Shown here: positions 34,646-44,688 of the stretch, one piece after another | How positions within the stretch are numbered: the first letter of the stretch is position 1 | Layout: every line of letters begins with the position of its first letter | From: an uncultured Gemmatimonadota bacterium | Lineage (GTDB): Bacteria > GCA-2686955 > CAYMWF01 | Assembly (NCBI GenBank): GCA_964394085.1 | Contig: CAYMWF010000003.1 | Coordinates: forward strand, 16,637 to 80,636 | Length of the DNA stretch: 64,000 nucleotides | Reading direction: 5' to 3' | Notes under the pieces: generated by a model | The model's input: only the letters and a program-made list of their open reading frames with translations | The model's database searches: none | Told to the model about the DNA's origin: nothing | Position numbers and translations under genes: made by a program

Positions 34646-37600
34646 CTATTTTATTGCAGGCGGTGTATCGAGAACCGTCACGCTCACGATAAATGTGTCA
34701 CTCGCAAGCACCATTCCCGGATAATCTCCCAGTTTGTTGACGACTTCATATGTCCCTGTGGGAGCCCCGGTCGGAACGTTCATCGAAACGTCGGCCTCAC
34801 CGGAAAAACCGGCAGGAAGATTCACGTTGGACGCAATCAGGAAATCAACACCATCAGTATCCTGAGCCTCGACCGTAACCCAGAAGTCGACAGTTCTGGC
34901 CTCCCCGGAATTTGTTACAAATATGGTCCAGGAAGCAACATCCCCAGGATGGACGATGGAAGGTGAGTCGACTACCTCGAGGGTAACCTGGCCGGCACCC
35001 GAGATGACCTTAACATCGTCGATGTACCATCCTTCCTCGGTGACGTAGCCGTCAGTGCCGAAACGGAACCTGAAGTGAACCTCTCCCGAGTATGCAGAAA
35101 CATCGAATGTTTCTTCTTCCCAGTTGACGTTACCCGAATAACACGGTGTGTCAGGTTCGAAAGGACTCGCCGGATTGCTCGTGATCTTGTAAGGGTATCC
35201 GCCTTCCGGCTCGATCTGGACCCAGGAAACACCGCTGTTCGTTGATATCTCTACTATGCCGCCGTCCCACGCGTAAACACCGGTATCCAGCTCGGCATCC
35301 ATCCAGTGCCTGAACACGAGAGATGAATTCGTCCCCAGGGCGATCGCCGGAGTCACGAGACCCGCATCTACGTAGTCTTCATAATCCCCGAAGCCGGTGT
35401 CACCGCATTTCCAGGAATGGGTCGGAGAGTAGCTCCTTTGTGTCGAGAGGTGCCACTGGTCGATGTACCCCGATGAAACCGCGTAATGCTCCCAGTCTCC
35501 TTCCCCGCTTTCCATATCGTCGGAGAAGCCGCCGATATGTATCTTGAACTGACCGGTTGCGGAATAACCGTTATCCGTGGCGAATATTATATCTACCGTG
35601 GCAATATACCCGTCGGGTGTCCCTGGATCCGCTTCTACGCTGAATGCAGTAAGATTTTCAGCTTCACCACCACCGGCGATATCCGGGTATGCGGCATCGG
35701 ACAGGATGATCGAGAGATAGGGATCTGTCGTTGAAATACGGCCGCCCAGATCTTCTGCGATTCCGCTTCCCGAATTGGCAGCCGTCACGTAGAGGTCGGC
35801 GATCTCCCCGGGATCGAGTTTGCCGTCTCCGTTGCCGAACTTCACGTCGTCGATCCTGGCCCCGTCCGCGGATAGAACCGGGGCGTGCAGGACGATGGAG
35901 AAGGAACCGATCCAGGTGGAATCCACGCTGTCGCTGAACTCGATATCGAATGTCGCGGAATGTCCGTCGGTGCAATTATCATCCACGGTGCAGACGAATC
36001 CTGAAGCACCCCAGACAACCTCGTCCGGTAGAATCGTTCCGTAGGTTTCTGCGCCGTTATCCACAACGATTTCAGGATCGGTGGTTGTCAAGGACGCTTC
36101 AACGCCGTACGCGGCATCGGCGCCAAGGTTCTTGGCTGCGGACGAAATGACTATCGTTTCACCGTAATCGGCCATTCCATTTCCGTTGCCTCCCACGGTG
36201 TCGTCCAGCTCAGTTTCATGGAGTGCAATCCATGGTCCTTCGGGTGTGATCACCTCTATCGCGGCCTCGTAAGGCAGGCCGTTATGCCCTGTAACCGTGA
36301 GAAACATCGTACCGGGACTCAACGGCTCGATCGGCAGGGTCACCGTCCCAAGGCTGTTCGTGAATCCGTAAGTCAGAAATTCTCCGGTTTTGGCAAGGCA
36401 GACACGGGCTCCTTCCATGGTTCCGCCGCCAAGATTGACTTGAATCTCAACATTCTGCGGTCCCACTACAACGGCCGATGGGTGAGCCACGCTGAATTCC
36501 GTCGGCAACAAGGTCCAGATGTCGGTCGCGGGATCGCCGAGCCATAAGTACATCCGGATATTGGTGTCTCCATATGTTCCATGTCCGTAATGCACATCGA
36601 TATTCGCCCAGTTCTCCACGTATCCGATGGTGTTGATCCCCTCGTCATAAACCGCCTTGAAAAGCCCCTTGTCGAATGTGTGATTCGCATCCGTATAAGA
36701 AGGTTCCCAGGCGCCGAGGAAGGCTATTGAGGCATAATCCGCTTTCATGAAAGATTCAGCCAGGCAGTTGCTTCCGTAGCTGAGCTCCATGTTGTTGCAG
36801 CATATGCTGAAACATACGAATGACATATCCTCGTTGTACATCTGGTTCACGTGAGTCGCAGTAAACGACCCTTCAGAACCCCAGCTCGACCAGCTCGTCG
36901 CTGACCCGTGCCCACGGTAATTGACGATGCCCCTGCCATCGTTTACCGCGGCGACGACATCACTGTTGCCGGCCCCGGCGCCGCCGTACGCAGTATCGAA
37001 AATCGGCACCTGGATTGAGTAGGGGTATGTCCGGATCTCTTCACAGCACTGTGTGTACTTGCCCGGATACTGCTCCGAATGCGCCACGAGTATATTCTTC
37101 TCCGCCCAGTTGTCCGCGATGGACGGTGATTTCAGATAATCCATTATCTTGTCGAGCTGATGGGTCAGCTCCGCTGTATTATTGAAAGTAAGCCTTCCTA
37201 TGGCCAGGTCGGCGAGATAGTCGGAGTTGCCACCGGGATCGACGCAGGAATACCATGAATCCGAATACGTATCGGACCAGTAGTGGGCCGGAACTTCATC
37301 GATATCGCCTACAAGCAGCACATATTCGAGTCCATCCGAGAAATAAAGGCTGGAAATGTAACTCTTGATGCCTGTGGAGGTACCTCCAAGATCGTTAACA
37401 TCAACCACTTCCAGCGGATATCCCATTTTCTGTCGCCATGTTACGAGCGGCTCGATTTCGTCGTAATACTGAGGCAGTGTGATTACCAGGTACTTGATCT
37501 CGCCGGCATCCAGCGACCCTCCACGATCTACAAGATGATCGTAATTCAAAACGCGTGTCCTGTAGAACTTATCAAGGTCGGGCGTTATGAAATGAGGCGT

Positions 37601-38233
37601 TGCCGTCACTGCGGCTCTGCCGTCAATGCCGCTTTCTTTCAGCCTGAGCTTCAACCGTGTATAAACCCGCGCTTTTTTCAACACCGGATTATACAGAACC
37701 GGCGTTACCTCGAGGTTGGAAAGAACAAGGTCTCTCATTATCTCGGGTTCGCCGGTCGAAGCTACTGTCGCCGGATACCACGAATTATCCTGATAGACAG
37801 CCGGGTCGCGCCAGAATTCGGGAATTTCTCCTTCGAACGTCGGCATGGGAACCGGGCGGATGTCAAGGTTATCCAAAACGATATATTCTGATTCGAGGAC
37901 CTCGATCTCCGGTTTGAAACCCTTTGAGAGACCGATATATTCGCGTATTGCGGGAAGCGACGGCGCGCCGACATCTATCGTCGTCCCATATCCCGGAAGA
38001 ATAAGAAAATCCTCCGTCCCCGTATGGCTGCAGGATGGCTTTTGGGTCATCTCTATACCAGGCAGGATTATCTCGAGCTCCATACCGGTTTCGCTGCTGG
38101 AGATGATTTCAACAACGGGTTCTGTGACTCCCGGCGGACTGCCTGCGAAAGGAATCCAGGCAGCCGACGCTACACTCACCAGAACAAACATAAAAACCGC
38201 GCTGAGAACGGGTGCGATAACTCTTGACTTCAT
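34646..38233 (-). CDS. Secreted peptidase C25 (gingipain-like cysteine protease) with multiple C-terminal beta-sandwich modules
   Basis: The ORF is 1195 aa with the signal peptide MKSRVIAPVLSAVFMFVLVSVASA. It has a propeptide-like GAPSLPAIREYIGL, LLVGDIDEVP, the catalytic-His context VNYRGHGSATSW and the catalytic-Cys context FVCFSICCNN. The terminal Ig module ends VPTGAPTGTYEVV. Confidence 0.7.
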   Translation of the reverse strand: MKSRVIAPVLSAVFMFVLVSVASAAWIPFAGSPPGVTEPVVEIISSSETGMELEIILPGIEMTQKPSCSHTGTEDFLILPGYGTTIDVGAPSLPAIREYIGLSKGFKPEIEVLESEYIVLDNLDIRPVPMPTFEGEIPEFWRDPAVYQDNSWYPATVASTGEPEIMRDLVLSNLEVTPVLYNPVLKKARVYTRLKLRLKESGIDGRAAVTATPHFITPDLDKFYRTRVLNYDHLVDRGGSLDAGEIKYLVITLPQYYDEIEPLVTWRQKMGYPLEVVDVNDLGGTSTGIKSYISSLYFSDGLEYVLLVGDIDEVPAHYWSDTYSDSWYSCVDPGGNSDYLADLAIGRLTFNNTAELTHQLDKIMDYLKSPSIADNWAEKNILVAHSEQYPGKYTQCCEEIRTYPYSIQVPIFDTAYGGAGAGNSDVVAAVNDGRGIVNYRGHGSATSWSSWGSEGSFTATHVNQMYNEDMSFVCFSICCNNMELSYGSNCLAESFMKADYASIAFLGAWEPSYTDANHTFDKGLFKAVYDEGINTIGYVENWANIDVHYGHGTYGDTNIRMYLWLGDPATDIWTLLPTEFSVAHPSAVVVGPQNVEIQVNLGGGTMEGARVCLAKTGEFLTYGFTNSLGTVTLPIEPLSPGTMFLTVTGHNGLPYEAAIEVITPEGPWIALHETELDDTVGGNGNGMADYGETIVISSAAKNLGADAAYGVEASLTTTDPEIVVDNGAETYGTILPDEVVWGASGFVCTVDDNCTDGHSATFDIEFSDSVDSTWIGSFSIVLHAPVLSADGARIDDVKFGNGDGKLDPGEIADLYVTAANSGSGIAEDLGGRISTTDPYLSIILSDAAYPDIAGGGEAENLTAFSVEADPGTPDGYIATVDIIFATDNGYSATGQFKIHIGGFSDDMESGEGDWEHYAVSSGYIDQWHLSTQRSYSPTHSWKCGDTGFGDYEDYVDAGLVTPAIALGTNSSLVFRHWMDAELDTGVYAWDGGIVEISTNSGVSWVQIEPEGGYPYKITSNPASPFEPDTPCYSGNVNWEEETFDVSAYSGEVHFRFRFGTDGYVTEEGWYIDDVKVISGAGQVTLEVVDSPSIVHPGDVASWTIFVTNSGEARTVDFWVTVEAQDTDGVDFLIASNVNLPAGFSGEADVSMNVPTGAPTGTYEVVNKLGDYPGMVLASDTFIVSVTVLDTPPAIK

Positions 38234-38429
38234 AACAGACTCCCTTTTCGATTGCGAAGGATAACTTTTCCTATCTCGTACCGAAACGGACGGAGGGAAT
38301 CCCCCCCGGGCATTACAGAAGAATTATAACCATGTCCTGAGAATTTGCAAAGCTGGTTATCCGATACGGAACCCCGATTAAATCCGATATATAAACGGGA
38401 AAACTTGCCGGCGCGAAAAGAATCATGTG

Positions 38430-40505
38430 CTATTTCAGCAGCACGATCCGTAAGTTTTCTATCATGCTGCCGCTTTCGAAACGGCAGAAGTAAACGCCCG
38501 ATGCAGCTTCCCCACCGGATTCGGTCTCACCGTGCCAGCAGATAACGTATTTACCCGGTTCCCTGACGCCATCAAGAAGGACCTTCACCAGTCGTCCGGC
38601 AGAATCGTAAACCGCGAGTCGGACAGGCAATAATCGAGTATCACCCGCATCCTGACGCGGAGTGAGCACAAACTCAATAACCGTGGAGGGATTACACGGA
38701 TTAGGGTATATACCGAGAATGTTCTCTGCTTGATCCCGAACCGGAAAGTCCTCGTCACCAGCGGGATCAACGGTACCCAGCTCCCACCCTATTGCTGCTC
38801 CGACGTCTATCACCCCCCAGCCGAAATCATTGTTCGGATTGCCGGCATTATCCGCGGTTTCCATTAATGCCCGCCGCACATCCTCGGGTTTCCAGTCTGG
38901 ATGGGCCTGCAGGACGAGCGCGGCCGCACCGGCAATGAGCGGTGTCGACAGAGAGGTGCCGTTTACCTGGATATAGGACTCTTCGTCATAGGGATATGCG
39001 CAGGATGTAAGATACCCGCGGGCGCAGACTTCCGGTTTGATCCTGCCGTCCGCGGCCGGACCAGGAGAGCTGAAATAAGCCAGATCACCCAGAGAATCCA
39101 CCGCTCCGACCGCTATCACGCTGTCTGCGTCGGCGGGAGTGATGATGTGATCCCAGTCGGAGTCCCGCTCATTCCCCGCGGCGGTAACTACGAGAAGACC
39201 TTTGGCAGCCGCGATGTCGGTCGCAATCGCGGTTACGGTAGTCTCGCCGTCGAGATCATCGAACTCGTACCAATCTGTATATCCGAGAGAGCTCGATACT
39301 ATGTCGGCGCCCATGCTGTCGGCCCATTCCAGCCCCTCAACCCACCAGTCTTCCTCCACGGGTTCCTCCATCACGATGCTCTCCGTCTTCGCCAGCAGGA
39401 AGGAGGCTCTGAATGCAGGTGCGATATATTTACCCGGTTCGTAACCTCCTGCGGTGCACATAGTGATCGAACCGTGAAACGGCTGGGAATAATCGTCCTG
39501 GAGCGGATCGTAGGAGGTATCTCCGTCGTCGTTGATGAAATCCCATTCGGCCAGGACCTGCTGGGCCGCAATGGCCGGGTGATCCCTGAGATATCCTGTA
39601 TCGAGCATGCAGATGACAACTCCCGAACCGTTGATGCCGAAACGATGAACCGCGGGAATTCCCAGTTGCTGCAGCTGGTGATACGAATAATTGTAGTCGC
39701 TCGAATCCGGAGGTGAAACCGGAATTGACCGAACCTGGGGCTCCAGACCTTTTCCACCAGCCGGTTTTCCACCTGCGTCGGGTCGACCATCAGGAAAAAG
39801 TCCGTACTTGAATGGGTACCGATTCTCCGGCTTTCGGGCGGAAGGTCTGGCAAGATCCACCCTGTCTACGAAATCAAAAGAGACAACAGCAGGCAGCATG
39901 TCGAACGCACAGGTGACTGAAACCGCGTTGAGCCATCTTGATGTGGCCCGGTGTGTAACTCCAACTGAAACAAGCGCATCCAGATAAGGAGCGTACACAG
40001 GGAGATCAAGATGATCGAAGGGCTCTCCTCCCCCTCTCTTTATCCGCCTGGACACAGTACGATCAGGATATCTGTCGGACACAGAAGCCAGTGCTGAATA
40101 TGTATCCCTTTCCGTCGGAAGACCCTTATCCGAGAAATAGATCCAGAACACGGTTTCATCATCTGTATCTTCCGCAAGCAGCGCGTATTCACGAACCTGC
40201 CGAGTCAGTTTATGAAGTGATGAATCGGAATCAGGCGAGGCCTTCTTTAGCAACTCCTGCCCCAGGGGAGCGGCGCAGGTTTCGGATACGGCGAATCCTG
40301 AAATCAAAAAAATGAAACCCGTGAGAAATATAATACTTTTTGTCAGATTTAATAAATCCACTTGTCGATATTTGACTATCAATCTTTCATCTTCCCGGTC
40401 GAGAAGTTCCGTCCCCTGTGCCGATTTCTGTCCGCTACACTCATGAAATGGGGCATTTGAGGTGCTTCGCCGGTCCGGATTTCGTTGAAGTCCGCGTATA
40501 AACAT
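38430..40505 (-). CDS. Secreted S8 subtilisin-family serine peptidase with a T9SS-type (Por_Secre_tail / FlgD-Ig-like) C-terminal domain
   Basis: The ORF is 691 aa. The catalytic triad contexts are VVICMLDTGY (Asp), PFHGSITM (His) and NGTSLSTPLIAGAAAL (Ser). The C-terminal ~90 aa, IYPNPCNPSTVIEF....RLAVYDSAGRLVKVL.......GKY...W.G.......SGVYFCRF, fit the T9SS sorting-domain pattern. The start is uncertain: in-frame TTG at 40382 or GTG at 40361 would sit directly before the hydrophobic segment. Confidence 0.8.
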   Translation of the reverse strand: MFIRGLQRNPDRRSTSNAPFHECSGQKSAQGTELLDREDERLIVKYRQVDLLNLTKSIIFLTGFIFLISGFAVSETCAAPLGQELLKKASPDSDSSLHKLTRQVREYALLAEDTDDETVFWIYFSDKGLPTERDTYSALASVSDRYPDRTVSRRIKRGGGEPFDHLDLPVYAPYLDALVSVGVTHRATSRWLNAVSVTCAFDMLPAVVSFDFVDRVDLARPSARKPENRYPFKYGLFPDGRPDAGGKPAGGKGLEPQVRSIPVSPPDSSDYNYSYHQLQQLGIPAVHRFGINGSGVVICMLDTGYLRDHPAIAAQQVLAEWDFINDDGDTSYDPLQDDYSQPFHGSITMCTAGGYEPGKYIAPAFRASFLLAKTESIVMEEPVEEDWWVEGLEWADSMGADIVSSSLGYTDWYEFDDLDGETTVTAIATDIAAAKGLLVVTAAGNERDSDWDHIITPADADSVIAVGAVDSLGDLAYFSSPGPAADGRIKPEVCARGYLTSCAYPYDEESYIQVNGTSLSTPLIAGAAALVLQAHPDWKPEDVRRALMETADNAGNPNNDFGWGVIDVGAAIGWELGTVDPAGDEDFPVRDQAENILGIYPNPCNPSTVIEFVLTPRQDAGDTRLLPVRLAVYDSAGRLVKVLLDGVREPGKYVICWHGETESGGEAASGVYFCRFESGSMIENLRIVLLK

Positions 40506-40594
40506 GCTTCCGCCCTTTCAAAAATTGTACACATGATTCAATATTATTCAGGATGAATTCTGAAATCAAGCAGTGAACGATTTACCAGGAGCAA

Positions 40595-40625
40595 TAAAAA
40601 AGGAGCTGCATCGAAACAGCTCCTT
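40595..40625 (-). terminator. Rho-independent terminator after 40648-41748
   Basis: On the minus strand the sequence reads gaAGGAGCTGtttcgatgCAGCTCCTtttttatt. The stems are at 40602-40608 and 40617-40623, followed by a T-run. Confidence 0.6.
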
Positions 40626-40647
40626 CAATAACAGGTTAGAGATGCTG

Positions 40648-41748
40648 CTATTCAGAGATAAACATTAAAGACCCCGAATTCATATCGTAGAAACTCACAG
40701 CCAGTGAATTGGCTGTTCGAAATCCGAGCGAAGGGAAAAACCCCGTCGGACATTGGTCATAAAGAGTGTATGTCTTCCATGTATATCCTGACAGCTTGGC
40801 AAGCTTCAACGCGATGTTTTCCGCATCGAAGTATACTATATAGGAATCGTTGAATTTAACCTCGATGTCGGTATCCTGCCCGATGAAGCCGACCTGCTGA
40901 GCAGCAGTAATTGCCCATCCCGTACCATTGAATGCCGCATGCATCAAGTCATAATCGATCGCATTGAAATAGCTGATGCGTTCATATCCGTAGTTGTCGA
41001 GCGCGAGTGAAGCCCATTTGCCGGAATCTCCGGTCGGATCAACGACAGTTTTCGTCCATGAGCTGAAAGATTTTCTGGCCAGTTTAAGATCGCCATTCGT
41101 CGCATCGTAATAAGCGATGTGAGGTTTTTCCTGGTTGTCCAGCCGTAAAGATGCATATTGTCCGACGTCACCGGCATCATCCACGGTCTCGATATCGAAT
41201 CCGCCGCCGTTCCAGGATGCGTATTTCAGAGCACCGGCTGTTGCGTCATAGTACGCGATACCGATATCACCGCTTCTTGAATCGAGACTGGCGTACGAAC
41301 CGACGTCCCCATATGAATCAATAACTGAAACTACTGGTACGTTGTCAACTACCTGCATATACTTGAGATCACCGTTTGTCGCATCGTAGTAGGCCACAAT
41401 AGGCATTCCGACGGCATCAAAGCCCAGGGAGGAGTACATCCCAACATCACCTATCTCGTCGATGACCATTGTAACGACGGAAAGGCCGGCCTGATATGCC
41501 AGTTTCAGATTTTTGTTTACTGAATCATAATAAGAAATAAAAATCCTGTTTCCTGATGAGCCGAGCGATGAATAGAGCCCTACACCGCCTGTGTCGATCA
41601 CCGTCTGAAAGTCGGTTCCACCATCGTAATCGGAAGGCAATCCAGAGTACTCGACCGTATCGCGAATATCAGCGGCACTCACGTTCGACAATACGAAAAA
41701 CATCAAAAACAGCGCGGACAGGTGTTTAGCAGTAACTGATAACGCCAT
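40648..41748 (-). CDS. Secreted repeat protein with about 7 repeats of ~47 aa (beta-propeller-like)
   Basis: The ATG at 41748 has GGGAGG 5 nt upstream. The signal peptide is MALSVTAKHLSALFLMFFVLSNVSA. The repeated unit is (V/I)D..GDVG.Y(A/S)SL........I(A/S)YYDAT.G.LK.A. Confidence 0.6.
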   Translation of the reverse strand: MALSVTAKHLSALFLMFFVLSNVSAADIRDTVEYSGLPSDYDGGTDFQTVIDTGGVGLYSSLGSSGNRIFISYYDSVNKNLKLAYQAGLSVVTMVIDEIGDVGMYSSLGFDAVGMPIVAYYDATNGDLKYMQVVDNVPVVSVIDSYGDVGSYASLDSRSGDIGIAYYDATAGALKYASWNGGGFDIETVDDAGDVGQYASLRLDNQEKPHIAYYDATNGDLKLARKSFSSWTKTVVDPTGDSGKWASLALDNYGYERISYFNAIDYDLMHAAFNGTGWAITAAQQVGFIGQDTDIEVKFNDSYIVYFDAENIALKLAKLSGYTWKTYTLYDQCPTGFFPSLGFRTANSLAVSFYDMNSGSLMFISE

Positions 41749-42052
41749 GGCTACCTCCCAAGTGTCGGTATTGAAAGTTTGTGTCAAGATATATACAGAA
41801 CATGAAACACTCCAAAAGAGACGCTAATACTTGTTCTATCGCCATATTATATTCTAAAATCGTCCTCCTTTCAATGTTTCACTTCAAAAACATTTAAATT
41901 AATGCCATTTAGATCAGCTTAAAATCCAACCCGGGAAGAGTGTATATTCTTCAATCAAACACTATTGTTCTGGAAATACGCGTGTGATAGACTGCCGCTT
42001 CTCCTTTTCCGGAGAAAACACGATATTAAAAACAAGCAGATTGGAGCGTTAA

Positions 42053-43507
42053 ATGTCTGAAATGAAAAATCTCGAGCCGCAGAACGTTTGGTCGCATTTT
42101 GAAACGATCTGCGGAATTCCGCATCCATCCCGGCATGAAGAAGAACTGGCCGAATATATAATGGATCATGCATCCTCAACGGGAAACAAATCGTTTCGAG
42201 ATAAAACCGGCAATGTGATCGTCCACGTTCCAGCCTCACCCGGAAGAGAGGACGATCGCTCTCTGATTCTCCAGGGGCATCTGGATATGGTTCCCGTGGC
42301 TGCGGAAGGAATCACACACGATTTTAATACGACACCTATTGAACCGTACGTGGACGGCAACCTGGTCAGAGCCCGGGGCACAACGCTAGGTGCCGATAAC
42401 GGAATCGGCGTCGCGATGATGCTGGCCTTGCTCGACGGAGACAAGCCGCATGGTCCGCTCGAACTGCTTTTCACGGTAAACGAGGAAGCCGGCATGACGG
42501 GCGCACGGGGAGTAGGAACCGATTATCTTTCGGCGAAACACCTTATCAATCTTGACACAGAGGAGTGGGGGGAAATCTATGTATCCTGTGCAGGAGGAGC
42601 CGACTCGATCGTGACGCTGGATCTACAACGTGAAACGACTCCCGTAACCGATCGGCTGGCGCGCCTCACGGTGAGCGGCCTCAAGGGCGGTCACTCGGGT
42701 ATCGATATCAACCTGGGTCGAGGTAACGCAATAAAGATAGCAGCACGTTTCCTGGATAATTGCTCCGGGAAAATCCCGTTCAAGCTTGTAAGCATGGATG
42801 GGGGTGTAAAAAGAAATTCGATACCGGGCAGAGCTGAGGCTGTAGTAGCTCTAAGCGCAGGGGACTTCGAAGAGTTCGCCGCCGAGGCCGAGTCCTTTTC
42901 ATCGATAATCATGAATGAACTCGGAAATGCAGAGCCCGGTTTCATGATCTCCGTAACCCGGCTGGGGCCTGATTCTGAAAAACTGCCGTTAACCCGGTCA
43001 TCCGCTCAGAACTTCCTCAACCTGGTTCTCGCTCTCCCGAACGGCCTTGTCGCCATGAGCACCGAAGTCGAAGGACTGGTGGAAACATCGGTCAATCTCG
43101 GCGTGCTCGAAACCGACTCCTCACGAGCCTCCGCCGTTCTGCTTACGAGATCTTCGATTTCATCCGCCATGGATGCCGTCAAGAGCCAGATCAGAGCCTG
43201 TTCAATCATGGCCGGGGCGAAATTGGAGGAGCCGGAAGGATATCCGGGCTGGAAACCTAATATGGATTCCGAACTTCTGAAAATCGCCGCGGATGTTTTC
43301 ATAAAGCTCCACGGAAAGGAACCGGCGATAAAGGCTGTTCACGCCGGATTGGAATGCGGTCTGTTCAGCGAGCGGTTACCCGGTGTGGACATGATCTCGA
43401 TAGGTCCGGATATGCAGAATGTTCATTCACCGGATGAACAGCTCAGTATTCCATCCGTAAAAATATTCTTCGAGTATCTTGAAGACCTTATCTCCGAGTT
43501 TCACTAA
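42053..43507 (+). CDS. pepD: Aminoacyl-histidine (Xaa-His) dipeptidase, M20C family
   Basis: The ORF is 484 aa. It has LEPQNVWSHFETICGIPHPS (PepD N-terminus), LQGHLDMV, GTTLGADNGIG, FTVNEEAGMTGA and IHAGLECG-type blocks (VHAGLECGLF). Confidence 0.8.
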   Translation: MSEMKNLEPQNVWSHFETICGIPHPSRHEEELAEYIMDHASSTGNKSFRDKTGNVIVHVPASPGREDDRSLILQGHLDMVPVAAEGITHDFNTTPIEPYVDGNLVRARGTTLGADNGIGVAMMLALLDGDKPHGPLELLFTVNEEAGMTGARGVGTDYLSAKHLINLDTEEWGEIYVSCAGGADSIVTLDLQRETTPVTDRLARLTVSGLKGGHSGIDINLGRGNAIKIAARFLDNCSGKIPFKLVSMDGGVKRNSIPGRAEAVVALSAGDFEEFAAEAESFSSIIMNELGNAEPGFMISVTRLGPDSEKLPLTRSSAQNFLNLVLALPNGLVAMSTEVEGLVETSVNLGVLETDSSRASAVLLTRSSISSAMDAVKSQIRACSIMAGAKLEEPEGYPGWKPNMDSELLKIAADVFIKLHGKEPAIKAVHAGLECGLFSERLPGVDMISIGPDMQNVHSPDEQLSIPSVKIFFEYLEDLISEFH

Positions 43508-43515
43508 TTCATACT

Positions 43516-44637
43516 ATGGCATCCAGCATCAAGATATCGATTTGCGTAGTAAACTGGAACACTTGTGAACTCACCAGGGAATGTGTAGAATCGATCCTCG
43601 CCCATGCACATGAGACTTCGCTTGAAATAATTCTCGTCGACAATGGGTCCGAAGACGGCTCTCCCGATCGACTGGCCGAGTATTTCCCCGATATAACACT
43701 GATCCGAAACAACAAGAATCTTGGATTCGTCAAAGCGAATAATCAGGCGATTGAAAAAGCCCGCGGTGAATACATAATGCTCTTGAACTCTGATACGATC
43801 GTCCTCGAGGGCATGTTCCATCACCTTGTTTCATACATGGACAGGCATTCAGGCGAAGTAGGTGGAGTTTCACCTCGTATGTTCATCGATCGAACCCAGC
43901 TCCTCGAGCTGCCTCCCCATCCATGTTTGACACCTTTCATGTTCGCCGGCGCCGCATCCCGGGTCGGTCGTTCCTTTGCACCGTTGAAACGGTACTGGGC
44001 GCGGAACCGGGCCGTATGGCGCGGTGACTATTCGGCGATAAAAGTTCCCGCCCTCGTCGGCGCCTGCCTGATGGTTCCCAAAGTTCTGATCGATGGGATC
44101 GGCGGCCTGGATCCCAGATTCTTCATGTTTTTCGAAGATATGATGCTCTCCCACCGAATTCGTCAGAAAGGGCTCGATCTCGCAATTCTGTCGGAAGCCA
44201 GGTTGATACACCTGTTCAACAGGAGTGGGGAGAAAAATCCCGAAGTGGAGCAATATTTCATCGACGGAATGAAAATCGCATTTCCCGAATTATATGGCCA
44301 CATTCATTCCATCATGGGTGTAAGTGTTTACAAACTCCTTGAACGTGTCGAGCGACAACTCTGCCGTCTTGACGGGAATAATCAACCTCCCGTCAAATCA
44401 CAGAAGGACAGCCTGCTCGAGTGGAATCCGGTTCGGCGAGCGGCAGGATACTTCGTGGAAATCTCTCACGATTCTGCATTCCTCGGAGTTGTCGGAGCAA
44501 TAACTGAAAAACCCGCCTTCAGTCTCGAGTCCCTGATGGAACCCGAAACGGATGGACGGGTCTATTTCTGGCGCTGGACACCTTCCGGTCTCGGAGAAGG
44601 TCGTTACAGATACGGTCGTTTCAAGGTCAGTTTATAA
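43516..44637 (+). CDS. Family 2 glycosyltransferase with a C-terminal extension
   Basis: The ORF is 373 aa. It has ISICVVNWN, IILVDNGSEDGS, GFVKANNQAI and IMLLNSDT (DxD-type). Confidence 0.75.
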   Translation: MASSIKISICVVNWNTCELTRECVESILAHAHETSLEIILVDNGSEDGSPDRLAEYFPDITLIRNNKNLGFVKANNQAIEKARGEYIMLLNSDTIVLEGMFHHLVSYMDRHSGEVGGVSPRMFIDRTQLLELPPHPCLTPFMFAGAASRVGRSFAPLKRYWARNRAVWRGDYSAIKVPALVGACLMVPKVLIDGIGGLDPRFFMFFEDMMLSHRIRQKGLDLAILSEARLIHLFNRSGEKNPEVEQYFIDGMKIAFPELYGHIHSIMGVSVYKLLERVERQLCRLDGNNQPPVKSQKDSLLEWNPVRRAAGYFVEISHDSAFLGVVGAITEKPAFSLESLMEPETDGRVYFWRWTPSGLGEGRYRYGRFKVSL

Positions 44638-44688
44638 TCTGGTTACGGACGGAAACCCCGGGGAACCGGAGTTCAAAACCAGCTGCCG

